Part shown: positions 50,046 through 63,005 of the stretch, one piece after another
How the letters are laid out: each line of letters begins with the position of its first letter
How positions within the stretch are numbered: the first letter of the stretch is position 1
From: Octopus sinensis
Lineage: Eukaryota
Reading direction: 5' to 3'
Length of the DNA stretch: 64,000 bases
NCBI RefSeq assembly: GCF_006345805.1
Contig: NC_043025.1
Coordinates: forward strand, 4,898,001 to 4,962,000
Position numbers and translations under genes: made by a program
The notes under the pieces: generated by a model
Told to the model about the DNA's origin: nothing
The model's database searches: none
Seen by the model: the letters and a program-made list of their open reading frames with translations, nothing else

Positions 50046-50883
50046 ATTTTTCGATAATGTAGAGTATAATTATTTTGTTAAGGCTTAAACAAATAGGAAA
50101 ATTTTACTTTGAGATTAACTAAATGGAGCAGAAATTTGTACCTTTCAGTATCATTTTGCTCATAATTTTCTTAAAAATGAATATTTTTTAGTGAAATTTT
50201 CCTGTCATATCTTTTCGATAATGCAGGTTCTGGATTCAGTCCCACTGCATGGCACTTCGGGCAAGTGTCTTCTAATATACCTTCAGGCTCTCTTTTACTC
50301 TCTTTTACTTGTTTCAGTCATTTGACTGCGGCCATGCTAGAGCACCGCCTTTAATCGAGCAACTCGACCCCAGGACTTATTCTTTTGTAAGCCCAGGACT
50401 TATTCTTTTGTAAGCCCAGTACTTATTCTATCGGTCTCTTTTGCCGAACCGCTAAGTAACGGGGACATAAACGCACCAGCATCGGTTGTCAAGCAATGCT
50501 AGGGGGACAAACACAGACACACGAACACACACACGCATATATATATAATTTTTTAACAAATCGCAGGTGTATAAACCCCAATAAAAAAGTGTGCTCCACC
50601 GAATTTGTTTCCTTATAAAATGTTGTCTTATTTGTTTGAATATCATCAAGATAATAATAATTCGTTTGCCAGCTCTGTCTGGCACCTGTGCAGGTGGCAC
50701 GTAGAAAGCACCCACTACACTCACGGAGTGGTTGGCGTTAGGAAGGGCATCCAGCCGTAGAAACACTGCCAAATCTTACTGGGCCTGATGAAGCCTTCCG
50801 GCTTCACAGACCCCAGTTAAACCGTCCAACCCATGCCTGCATGGAAAACGGACGCTAAATGATGATGATGATGATGATGATGA

Positions 50884-50950
<67 letters not shown>

Positions 50951-52938
50951 CATATATACGACGGGCTTCTTTCAGTTTCCGTCTACCAAATCCACTCACA
51001 AGGTTTTGGTCGGCCTGAGGCTATAGTAGAAGACACTTGCCCAAGATGCCACGCAGTGGGACTGAACCCGGAACCATGTGGTTGGTAAACGAGCTACTTA
51101 CCACACAGCCACTCCTGCGCCTATATGTATGTATGTATTTGACATGACATGCTTCTTTCAGTTTCCATCTACCAAATCCATTCACAAGGCTTTGGTCGGC
51201 CCGAGGCTATAGTAGAAGACGCTTGCTCAAGGTGCCACGCAGTGGGACTGAACCCGGAACCATGTGGTTGGTAAACAAGCTACTTACCACACAGCCACTC
51301 TTACACCTATGAGGCTGTGAGTGGATTATGATTATCATTATAAAATTTAAACAAATAAGAAAACCTTTTCCCAGAAATCAAATTGGATGGGGCACTCTTT
51401 AGTTCAGAGGTAACCTCCTTCAATGCATTTCTCAGTAACCTTTAAAATGAATAATTTTTAATGAAAGATAAATGTTTTTAAGTGTTGTAGATTATGATTA
51501 TCTTGACGATATTCAAACAAATAAGACAACATTTTATAAGGAAACAAATTCGGTGGAGCACACTTTTTTATCTGGGTTTATGCACCTGCGATTGTGTTTT
51601 CTCATAAGTTTGATAAAAATTGATATTTATTCATAAAATTTTCCAGGCGCAGGAGTGGCTGTGTGGTAAGTAGCTTGCGAACCAACCACATGGTTCCGGG
51701 TTCAGTCCCACTGCGTGGCACCTTGGGCAAGTGTCTTCTGCTATAGCCTCGGGTCGACCAATGCCTTGTGAGTGGATTTGGTAGACAGAAACTGAAAGAA
51801 GCCTGTCGTATATATGTATATATATATATGTATGTGTGTGTATATGTTTGTCCCTCTGGCATTGCTTGACAACCGATGCTGGTGTGTTTACGTCCCCGTC
51901 ACTTAGCGGTTCAGCAAAAGAGACCAATAGAATAAGTCCCAGGGTCGATTTGCTTGACTAAAGGCGGTGCTCCAGCATGGCCGCAGTCAAATGACTGAAA
52001 CAAGTAAAAGAGTAACAGAGTAAAAGAGTAAAAGAGAGAAACGTTTTAGAGGGTGTTAATAATGATTATTACTCTTTCTCTTTTACACTTTTACTTGTTT
52101 CAGTCATTTGACTGCGGCCATGCTGGAGCACCGCCTTTAATCGAGCAACTCGACCCCGGGACTTATTCTTTTGTAAGCCCAGTACTTATTCTATCGGCTG
52201 CATTTGCCGAACCGCTAAGTAACGGGGACATAAACACACCAGCATCGATTGTCAAGCAATGCTAGGGGGACAAACACAGACACTCAAACACACACACGCA
52301 TATATATATACATATATACGACGGGCTTCTTTCAGTTTCCGTCTGCCAAATCCACTCACAAGGCTTTGGTCGGCCCGAGGCTATAGTAGAAGACACTTAC
52401 CCAAGGTGCCACACAGTGGGACTGAACCCAGAACCATGTAGTTGGTAAACAAAATTTGAGAAACGGTTGTCTTTTATTATTGGCAGAGTCATTAACATGC
52501 TGGGAAAAATGCTTATCAGTATTTTCTCTGTCTTGACATTCTGAGTTCAAATCCTGCCAAGGGCAACCTTGCCTTTCGTCCTTTTGGGGTTGATAAAATA
52601 AGCTCCTGTCAAGTACTGGGGCTGATGTAGTCGATTTAAAGATTAGCTGGTGGTGGTCCATATATATTCTTTTACTTGTTTCAATCATTTGACTGTGGCC
52701 ATGCTGGAACACTGCCTTAATTAATTTTTTAGTCAAAGAAATCGACCCCAGGACTTATTCTTTGTAAACCTGGTACTTAATTCTATCGGCCTTTTTTGCC
52801 AAACTGTTAAGTTACCAGGACAGAAGCACACCAATATTGGTTGTTAAACAGTGGTGGTGGACGACAAACATATATATAATGACACAAGCACAGACGCACA
52901 CACAGACACACGCACGCACACACACACACACACGCACG

Positions 52939-52969
<31 letters not shown>

Positions 52970-53802
52970 GCGCACACACACACACACACACACACATACA
53001 TTCGACTGGCTTCTTTCGGTTTCCATCTACCAAATCCACTCGCATGGTTTTGGTCAACCTGAGGCTATAGTAGAAGGCACTTGCCCAAGGTGCCACGCAG
53101 TGGGACTGAACCCGGAATCATGTGATTGTGAAGCAAGCTTCTTACTACACAACCACGTCTGCTCTTATATACCTTTGTGTATGTGTGTGTGAGAGAGAAA
53201 GAGAGCGAAAAAGAGAGAGAGTGAGAGAGAGACTTTTGTGTCTCTCTCTTTTTCTCTTTTCTCTTTTACTTGTTTCAGTCATTTGACTGTGGCCATGCTG
53301 GAGCACCGCCTTTAGTCGAGCAAATCGACCCCGAGACTTATTCTTTGTAAGCCCAGTACTTATTCTATCGGTCTCATTTGCCGAACCGCTAAGTGACGGG
53401 GAAGTAAACACACCAGCAAACACAGACACACAAACACATACACTTATATATATATACATATATACGACAGGCTTCTTTCAGTTTCCGTCTGCCAAATCCA
53501 CTCACAAGGCATTGGTCGGCCCTGGGCTATAGTAGAAGACACTTGCCCAAGATGCCACGCAGTGGGACTGAACCCGGAACCATGTGGTTGGTTAGCAAGC
53601 TACTTACCACACAGTCACCCCTGCGCCTCTGTATTTGTTGTCAAAACCACTTGCCAACCAAAGTCGGTGTGTTTATGTTCGCGTCACCTAGTGGTTCGGC
53701 AGAAGTTATCGACAGAAAATCAGACAGACTTTACAAAAAACTGGGATCGATTTATTCAACTGAAATTTGTTTAGGGGATACCCCAGCATGGCCGCCATCT
53801 AA

Positions 53803-54188
53803 TCTCTCTCTATATAAACGGCAGTTTGTCTGTGTGCGTGTCTGTGTGTCTGTCAGGTTGTACCCTCACCCTGACCACGGCTTTCAACCGATTCTGATGA
53901 AAATTGACACACACATAGCCCAATGTCATAATTCAAAACTAACGCAGCGAAAATTTTGAAAAGTTCCCCCAGTTCTGTAAAAGATCGATAAATTCGACAT
54001 GGGGTCGACAATCAGAAACACAAACTACAGATGGTCTAGGGACGCAACTCGACCTTTTTAACTATCAAAAAAAAATTTGCCATCATTTTTTTTCCCCATT
54101 TTTTTGCTATTTTTTGGCTATAACTCTCTAAAAATGCTTTATAGTTATTTCCCTTACAAACCCGAGCAACGCCGGGCGATACTGCTAG
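53803..54188 (+). mobile_element. Non-autonomous Helitron with the same 3' end but a different 5' part
   Basis: A|TCTCTC...cccgagcaacgccgggcgatactgCTAG|T splits a SINE tail (ccgccatctaa|taactgaaa). The last ~130 bp are shared with the 39118 copy. Confidence 0.85.
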
Positions 54189-54492
54189 TAACTGAAATAA
54201 ATGAAAAGATATTTACACGGTTTCCGAGTAGTTGCCTCTTGTATCACATACTGTATATTTCCAGTGGTTAACGTTGCTCTATCATAAATGGGGTGGAAAA
54301 AGAAAATATATTACAAACATAGGCGCAGGGGTGGCTGTGTGGTAAGTAGCTTGCTAACCAACCACATGGTTCCGGGTTCAGTCCCACAGCGTGGCATCTT
54401 GGACAAGTGTCTTCTGCTATAGCCCCGGGCCGACCAATGCCTTGTGAGTGGATTTGGTAGACGGAAACTGAAAGAAGCCTGTCGTATATATG

Positions 54493-54523
<31 letters not shown>

Positions 54524-54776
54524 TTGTCCCCCTAGCATTGCTTGACAACCGATGCTGGTGTGTTTACGTCCCCGTCACTTAGCGGTTCGGCAAAAGAGAC
54601 CGATAGAATAAGTACTGGGCTTAGAAAAGAATAAGTCCCAGGGTCGAGTTGCTCGACTAAAGGCGGTGCTCCAGCATGGCCGCAGTCAAATGACTGAAGC
54701 AAGTAAAAGAGTAAAAGAGTATTCTATAATAAACAAAATTTAATTTGACTGTAAATAAAGCAGGAAAAAAAAAATT

Positions 54777-54848
54777 TGACCCCGACGTGATTCGAACACG
54801 CAGCCTTCTGATCTGGAGTCAGACGCGCTACCGTTGCGCCACAGGGCC
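54777..54848 (-). tRNA. trnW-CCA: tRNA-Trp (CCA)
   Basis: The reverse complement is GGCCCTGTGGCGCAACGGTAGCGCGTCTGACTCCAGATCAGAAGGCTGCGTGTTCGAATCACGTCGGGGTCA (72 nt). It has the anticodon loop CTCCAGA, the T-loop GTTCGAATC and a pairing acceptor stem with two G-U pairs. A T10 Pol III terminator follows (plus-strand A-run 54765-54774). Confidence 0.95.
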
Positions 54849-54904
54849 AGCTGTTCGTTTCGCTTTTACAATAAGCTATTTGATGGCTGAGCAGCGATTA
54901 TCTC

Positions 54905-55790
54905 GGTAGAAAGAGAGAGAAAAGGAAATGAATGCAGGAAGATATTTAGATTGAGAAAGAACCGGAGGAGGCGAGCGGGAGTAGGAGAGGGAGAGAACTG
55001 ATAACAAGGAGGGAGGGCGGTAGAAAGAGAGAGAAATGGAAATGAATGCAGGAAGATCTTTAGATTGAGAAAGAACCGGAGTAGGAGTGAGGAGGAGGCG
55101 AGCGGGAGTAGGAGAGGGAGAGAACTGATGACAAGGAGGGAGGGCGGTAGAAAGAGTGAGAGAAAAGGAAATGTATGCAGGAAGATATTTAGATTGAGAA
55201 AGAACCGGAGTAGGAGTGAGGAGAAGGCGAGCGGGAGTAGGAGAGGGAGAGAACTGATGACAGCGAGGGAGGGTGGTAGAAAGAGAGAGAAAAGGAAATG
55301 AATGCAGGAAGATCTTTAGATTGAGAAAGAACCGGAGTAGGAGTGAGGAGGAGGCGAGCGGGAGTAGGAGAGGGAGAGAACTGATGACAAGGAGGGAGGG
55401 CGGTAGAAAGAGTGAGAGAAAAGGAAATGTATGCAGGAAGATATTTAGATTGAGAAAGAACCGGAGTAGGAGTGAGGAGAAGGCGAGCGGGAGTAGGAGA
55501 GGGAGAGAACTGATGACAGCGAGGGAGGGTGGTAGAAAGAGAGAGAAAAGGAAATGAATGCAGGAAGATATTTAGATTGAGAAAGAACCGGAGTAGGAGT
55601 GAGGAGAAGGCGAGCGGGAGTAGGAGAGGGAGAGAACTGATGACAAGGAGGGAGGGTGGTAGAAAGAGAGAGAAAAGGAAATGAATGCAGGAAGATATTT
55701 AGATTGAGAAAGAACCGGAGTAGGAGTGAGGAGACGGCGAGCGGGAGTAGGAGAGGGAGATAACTGATGACAGCGAGGGAGGGAGACGGT
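54905..55790. repeat. Purine-rich 127/129-bp tandem repeat (~7 copies) immediately 5' of tRNA-Trp
   Basis: ttgagaaagaaccgg occurs at 55065, 55194, 55321 and 55450. The spacing alternates 129 and 127 bp, giving a 256-bp dimer. Confidence 0.92.
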
Positions 55791-55862
55791 ATGAAGTCTA
55801 CAAAAGGAGAGAGAGATAGATAGATAGATAGATAGAGAGAGATATAGCAACGTGCTAGATAG

Positions 55863-55901
<39 letters not shown>

Positions 55902-55993
55902 TTGCGATAAAATGACTGAAAAATATAGTGCCCCACCTCCCGATTTTTGTTCTGTTATAACTTTCTTATAAATTACGTTTATGTAGCTGTTTG

Positions 55994-56405
55994 GCGATCT
56001 TTCGTCTCTAGTAGACCTTTCCGTCGGTTTCTGTAAAAAATTTTTTTTTTACATATGGGCTTGCGGGAACTTTTGAAGTAATATACATACATATACACAT
56101 ACACCGAGTAAAAAATTTCAGTTATCTCTTTCTTTCACACATTACTCTGTCTCTTCACACACACTAACAGAAGCACTTCACTTACACAACATACTGTCTG
56201 TCTCCCACACCCCATCAAACACACACACACATGTACATCAATGCTTCCCATGCACGGTAACTTCAAAAGAACTTCCCTCGTCATAACATCGCTTTCTCTT
56301 AGTCTCTTTCGCTCTCATTACTTCAAAAGTTCCCGCAAGCCCATATGTAAAAAAAAAAATTTTTACGGAAATCGACGGAAAGGTCTATTAGAGACGAAAG
56401 ATTGC
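55994..56405. repeat. ~88-bp inverted repeat pair (fold-back/MITE-like), bracketed by a ~30-bp direct repeat
   Basis: gcgatctttcgtctctagtagacctttccgtcg...cgggaacttttgaagtaat (55994-56082) matches attacttcaaaagttcccgc...gacgaaagattgc (56317-56405) in reverse. cccgatttt(t)gttctgttataactttcttat occurs at 55939 and 56405. Confidence 0.8.
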
Positions 56406-57784
56406 CCGATTTTGTTCTGTTATAACTTTCTTATCGTGTGAAAATGTTTTACTTTGTGGTAGTTATTTTCTTTTTCCTTGCCAAATACACGCACTACATA
56501 TTCGTTCTCCGCCCGTTTATTATTGTTGTTTGACCGTTATTTTATGTCCTTTATTTCCAGACATTGGACATAAGAGACCAAGGATCTTTTCTGTTTGGTT
56601 GTCACTATTCAATTCTTTCAATTTTTGCTCCAATTGATTTCATATAATAATAAAAAAAAAACAAGTGAAGAAGGAATATATAGTACTCTCTTTTACTCTT
56701 TTACTCTTTTACTTGTTTCAGTCATTTGACTGCGGCCATGCTGGAGCACCGCCTTTAGTTGAGCAAATCGACCCCCGGGACTTATTCTTTTGTAAGCCCA
56801 GTACTTATTCTATCGGTCTGTTTTGCCGAACCGCTAAGTGACGGGGACGTAAACACACCAGCATCGGTTGTCAAGCAATGCTAGTGGGACAAACACAGAC
56901 ACACAAACATACACATACACACACATATATATCATTTATTAATATATTATATGACTAAACGCACGCACCCTCTTAAGTAAGATTGTTCTGTATATCAAGT
57001 TTTTGTCTTGATATGAACTCTCACGCGCACTCTTCACCTTTCTGTCCCATCCCTATTCTTTGATTTTCTTTTTCCCCCACTTAACTTGTCCCTTCCTCTC
57101 TCTCTCATTCTTCACTCTCTCTCTACCCCTCAGCATTCTTCATGGTCTCCTCGCAGCCATTACCCTTCTTCTCTCCCTTCCTCTTGCTCCTCCTCCCCCC
57201 TTCCCGTCGTCCACCCGCGACGATACTTCCGCCCTGACTGTCTCTTTTGGCCTGGCTTTCAAGGTAACTGGACGACATTCTTCCTGCTCTCCTGTCGTTC
57301 ACAAAAAATTCTGCGTTTGCAATACTTTTTTCGTTCGGCGTCAACAGCCCTTCTTATCTTGTTTTCCCCTGTCCTGTCTTTTACTGTTATATTTTTGTAC
57401 TGTCGTTACTGTCCTGTTTTTTTTTACCATTTTTTACCACTCTGCGAAAAGATCTCAGAATTTTAATTGATTTGCTTTTCGCAGGAAGGAAAGTTTCTTG
57501 TCGAAGATACGTCTCGCTTTTATCCTTCGAAACGTAGAGTAGATGAAACCTTTAGCGACTGAAGAAGGGGTTTTTTCGTTGTGTTAATTGTCCTGTACTC
57601 CATTTTTTGTTATTTAAAAAAAAAAAAAATGTCCAGTTCCTTTGGTTTGTGTCTATGTTTTCGTTTCTCTTTGTGTTCGACGTCCTTTTGGTGTCCTGTA
57701 CTCATATATGTGTGTATATGTACAAGTAGAGGTAGGTACGTACATATATGTTTATATATATATGCATATGTTTTATTTCATTTA

Positions 57785-57830
<46 letters not shown>

Positions 57831-59097
57831 TACGACAGGCTTCTTTCAGTTTCTGTTTACCAAATCCACTCACAAGGCTTTGGTCGGCCCAAGGTGCCAC
57901 GTAGTGGGACTGAACCCGGAACCATGTGGTTGGTTAGCAAGCTACTTACCACACAGCCATTTGTTTATTTGGTACGAAAAAAAAAAGTGACCGTTCACAA
58001 ATACAATTTCTTAAAAATTTCCAGAGAAACGTTTTAGACGAGATAGATTGCGATTATGCGAGGAAAATGTAAGAATTTAATCAAACTTTTTAAAGAGAGC
58101 TTCGTATAATTCTTCTCTTAACTCCTGATTTCGTTTCCGCGTAAATTTCTTTAAAATGTTTATATTTACAGGAAATTTTCAGACATACTCTTTTACTTGT
58201 TTCAGTCATTTGACTGCGGCCATGCTGGAGCACCGCCTTTTAGTCGAGCAAATCGACCCCGGGACTTATTCTTTGTAAGCCCAGTACTTACTCTATCAGT
58301 CTCTTTTGCCGAACCGCTAAGTGACGGGGACATAAACACACCAGCATCGGTTGTCAGGCGATGCTAGGGGGACAAATACAGACACACAAACATACACATA
58401 CATACATATATACGACGGGCTTCTTTCAGTTTCCGTCTACCAAATCCACTCACAAGGCTTTGGTCGGCCCGAGGCTATAGTAGAAGACACTTGCCCAAGG
58501 TGCCACGCAGTGGGACTGAACCCGGAACCATATGGTTGGTAAACAAGCTACTTACTCCTGCGCCTATATATTTAAGAATATATTTTAGAATAGTCACTCC
58601 GCCAAATTTCAAGCCTTTTCTGATAGAAGAAAGGAATATTTCACGTACGATTTTTATTTACCGATCATTACTATTATATCCCCTTAGAGTTACACCATTG
58701 TTTACAAAGAAATATCCTGTGTGAATCTACCTAGAATGAAGTATCGTTTCTGGATGGAAACTCCAGGTTTCCTGTCCAGAAATTGCCTGGCTAAAAGTTC
58801 ATACGGTTGGAGGAACAATACCAGACACCTTATTACTATGTTATGGTACCAACCAGAGAGTACAGAGGGTGTTTAAGAACTCAAACGTGCATAAAACGGC
58901 AGACCCACACAATTGTGTCTCCAACTTTCTTTCCTGATAACTTCCAGAAGAATGGATGTATTTTAAAAGAAATTTTTCTCCAAATCGATCCTTACTATCA
59001 TATCCCCTTAGAGTTACACGACTGTTTACAAAGAAATATTCTGTATGAATACACACATATATGAATTACACACATATATACTGACACACATAACATA

Positions 59098-60299
59098 CCG
59101 TAAATCCTCGAGTATAGTCCACCCTTGAGTATAATACGCAGGGGATTTTTAGGGGACTGTACCTCTGAAAAACCTAAACCTTGTGTATAATACGCACCCC
59201 TTCTCTAACTTGAGTCAAGGAGGTCTATATAACGTCCTTGGTTTGTAAAAATGTATACGATAATGTCCTTTATTACTATTGTATGTATAACAATGCAAAC
59301 GTGTATTCGCAGGGGATTTTTAGGGGGCTGTACCTCTGGAAAACCTAAACCTTGAGTATAATACGCACCCCTTCTCTAATTTGAGTCAAGGAGGTCTATA
59401 TAACGTCCTTGGTTTGTAAAAATGTATACGATAATGTCCTTTATTACTATTGTATATATAACAATGCAAACGTGTATTCGCAGGGCATTTTTAGGGGGGG
59501 CTGTACCTCTGAAAAACCTAAACCTTGTGTATAACACCCACCCCTTCTCTAACTTGAGTCAAGGAGGTCTATATAACGTCCTTGGTTTGTAAAAATGTAT
59601 ACGATAATGTCCTTTATTACTATTGTATATATAACAATGCAAACGTGTATTCGCAGGGCATTTTTAGGGGGGCTGTACCTCTGAAAAACCTAAACCTTGT
59701 GTATAACACCCACCCCTTCTCTAACTTGAGTCAAGGAGGTCTATATAACGTCCTTGGTTTGTAAAAATGTATACGATAATGTCCTTTATTACTATTGTAT
59801 ATATAACAATGCAAACGTGTATTCGCAGGGCATTTTTAGGGGGGCTGTACCTCTGAAAAACCTAAACCTTGTGTATAACACCCACCCCTTCTCTAACTTG
59901 AGTCAAGGAGGTCTATATAACGTCCTTGGTTTGTAAAAATGTATACGGTAACGTCCTTTATTATTATTGTATATATAAAATAATGCAAATGTGTAGCTTT
60001 TTTGTGCATTTTGTTTGTAGAAAATAAAGAAATAGCATTAATAACGTTTAATAAATGTTGCTTACTGCAAGTTATGGATGATTCTTTTATGACTTCATTG
60101 CTTTCAGGCTTAGCTTAAGGTATTTTCGCGCCTGACATCGCAAAATGCGTCTGAATAAACATTGCCGGACAGCAAATAGAGACTCAGACATTGCTTAGAA
60201 AATATTATTCATTTTTAACCTTGTATATAGTACGCATGAGGGATTTCGACCTTTAAATTTTTGGGGAAAATAATGCGGATTATACTCGAGGATTTACGC
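59098..60299. mobile_element. Non-autonomous Tc1/mariner-pogo-like DNA transposon carrying a 172-bp internal tandem array
   Basis: TIRs are (TA)ccgtaaatcctcgagtatagtcc and ggattatactcgaggatttacg. A 172-bp unit repeats about 5 times at ~59138-59990 (identical ORFs at 59582 and 59754). Confidence 0.8.
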
Positions 60300-60480
60300 G
60301 GGTGTGTATTTGTGTGCAGATAATGGTGACTCAACATATTGACCCTGAAAAGAATGACAGAGCCGACCTCGGCAGCTTTTGAACTCAGAACTGCTCTCTC
60401 TCTCTCATTCTACTTCTATTTACTTGATTCTACGAAAATGGAAATGTTTCATTGCCATCAATGTGTATTATACTGAGTGT

Positions 60481-61216
60481 GGAGGCGCAATGGCCCAGTG
60501 GTTAGGGCAGCGGACTCGCGGTCATAGGATCGCGGTTTCGATTCCCAGACCGGGCGTTGTGGGTGTTTATTGAGCGAAAACACCTAAAAAGCTCCACGAG
60601 GCTCTGGTAGGGGGTGGTGGTGATCCCTGCTGTACTCTTTCACCACAACTTTCTCTCACTCTTACTTCCTGTTTCTGTTGTACCTGTATTTCAAAGGGCC
60701 GGCCTTGTCACTCTCTGTGTCACGCTGAATCTCCCCGAGAACTACGTTAAGGGTACACGTGTCTGTGGAGTGCTCAGCCACTTACACGTTAATTTCACGA
60801 GCAGGCTGTTCCGTTGATTCGGATCAACCGGAACCCTCGTCGTCGTAACCGACGGAGTGCTTCAATTTCAAAGGGCCGGCCTTGTCACTCTCTGTGTCAC
60901 GCTGAATATCCCCGAGAACTACGGTAAGGGTACACGTGTCTGTGGAGTGCTCAGCCACTTACATGTTAATTTCACGAGCAGGCTGTTCCGTTGATTCGGA
61001 TCAACCGGAACCCTCGTCGTCGTAACCGACAGAGTGCTTCAATTTCAAAGGGCCGGCCTTGTCACTCTGTGTCACGCTGAATATCCCCGAGAACTACGTT
61101 AAGGGTACACGTGTCTGTGGAGTGCTCAGCCACTTACACGTTAATTTCACGAGCAGGCTGTTCCGTTGATTCGGATCAACCGGAACCCTCGTCGTCGTAA
61201 CCGACGGAGTGCTTCC
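60481..61216 (+). mobile_element. SINE family C copy with a triplicated ~177-bp 3' segment
   Basis: tttcaaagggccggccttgtcactc...gac.gagtgcttc occurs three times (~60689, ~60865, ~61043). Confidence 0.88.
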
Positions 61217-61704
61217 ATACTGAGTACCACTATGGTTCACTATCTGTGGTTATAAGAGGTATTCCCTGATCTATAATCAAGAAAGATCATGACAATAATT
61301 GATTATGCAGCGCTTCAACAAAGGACGTGGTCATGTATTGGTGTGCAGAGATCTGCGGCTGTTGATGTCCATATGTTTTTTGTGGCTGTGGTGATACTTC
61401 AATGTCGCTGATATGCTGAATACCACAAGAGGAAAAATAAAACTCAGACGCTTTGATCCACCATTTAAGATAGCCTTCCGTTACACATTCATATGTATGT
61501 GTTTGCGTATGCCAAACTACATCCCCACTCTTGGCACTATTTGTTAGTGAACAGTACAAACTGTGTGTAAAGTATATAATGTATACTACGCTGAATGTCG
61601 TCGTCCGTGTAACATGTAAAGATAATAAACACGTAAACATAACAATGGTTGTCTATCCCATTAGAACACAAACTACACACAACACCTTCCAAGGTTATCT
61701 AACC

Positions 61705-61923
61705 CAGTGCTTTTCAAACTTTTTGCTGGAGCGGAACCCCAAGGAAACATTCCACTGGCTCGAGGAACCCCTGTGCAATAATTTAATAGTCTTATTCACA
61801 CATATCTGCACAGGAGAATTAAAAATTACTGCCGATTTTAGCAGTTTTGTAACTTCTTGCGGAACCCCTGGACTGTACTGGCGGAACCCTAAGGTTCCGT
61901 GGAACCCTGGTTGAAAATCACTG
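61705..61923. mobile_element. hAT (Charlie/Buster-like) MITE, copy 1
   Basis: TIRs are CAGTGcttttcaaac and ggttgaaaatCACTG, with subterminal ggaaccc repeats. The 8-bp flanks are ATCTAACC (left) and CCCTATAT (right). Confidence 0.88.
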
Positions 61924-62059
61924 CCCTATATATTCAGCCAGTCAGGTATCCCTAGTTTCCTGTTGCACTGCCTGGAGAGTTTGATCTCTTTTTAGCCCGA
62001 CCCATTTGTGTTCACAGCAGTATGCCTGTATCGATGTTGATTTTGTGAATCCCCTATAT

Positions 62060-62260
62060 CAGTGCTTTTCAAACTTTTTGCTGGAGCGGAACCCCAAGGA
62101 AACATTCCACTGGCTCGAGGAACCCCTGTGCAATAATTTAATAGTCTTATGCACACATATCTGCACAGGAGAATTAAAAATTACTGCCGATTTTAGCAGT
62201 TTTGTAACTTCTTGCGGAACCCCTGGACTGTACTGGCGGAACCCTGGTTGAAAACCACTG
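62060..62260. mobile_element. hAT MITE, copy 2 (18-bp internal deletion)
   Basis: Nearly identical to copy 1. The 8-bp flanks are CCCTATAT (left) and ATCTAACA (right). Confidence 0.88.
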
Positions 62261-63005
62261 ATCTAACATTATAAGAAGGAGTTGCGCGTGCCATCTTATA
62301 TCTTAAAATATAAGAAGGAGCTGTGCCAGCGGCACATAAAAGGCACCATTCGAGTGTGATTGTTACTAGCGTCACCTTACTGGCACTTGTACCCCATGCT
62401 AGTAGGGTGCTAAGAGCACCATCCGAGCACGATCGTTGTCAGAGGGTTAACTGGCACTTGTGCCGGTGGCACATGTAAAAACATTCGAGCGAGGTCGTTG
62501 CCAGTGCCGCTGGATTGAGTCCTGTGCAGGTGGAACGTAAAAAAACACCGTTTGAGCGTGGCCGTTGCCAGTACCGCCAGACTGGCCCTCGTGCCGGTGG
62601 CACGTAAAAGGACCCACTACACTCTCGGAGTGGTTGGCGTTAGGAAGGGCATCCAGCTGTAGAAACTCTGCCAGATCAAGATTGGAGCCTGGTGCAGCCA
62701 TCTGCTTCGCCATCCCTCAGTCAAAATCGTCCAACCCATGCTAGCATGGAAAGCGGACGTTAAACGATGATGATGATGATGATGAGCTGTGTGCCCAAAA
62801 GCTGTCCCCTCTCACACAAAATATACCCTGTGGTAAGAGAAAGTCTTAAACCATTCTATTTGTATGAGAGTGCAAAAGATTGTCTAAGTTGTTGAAGATC
62901 CCTTCGGAGCGCAAAGTACCTTGTAAATCGTTGCGTGTAGATGTTTATCGTGAGTAACCCAGATGGAGGGAATGTTTTCCTTTTTACTTTCTATATACAC
63001 TACTT

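Noticed and set aside
54905-55790. CTGATGA...GAAA in each purine-rich unit
   Set aside because: The strand is almost all purine, so the hammerhead stems cannot form.
57520-57572. ccttcGAAACGTA ... CTGAAGAagggg permuted hammerhead-like boxes in a probable TE relic
   Set aside because: I could not find stem I pairing, so the structure is unsupported.
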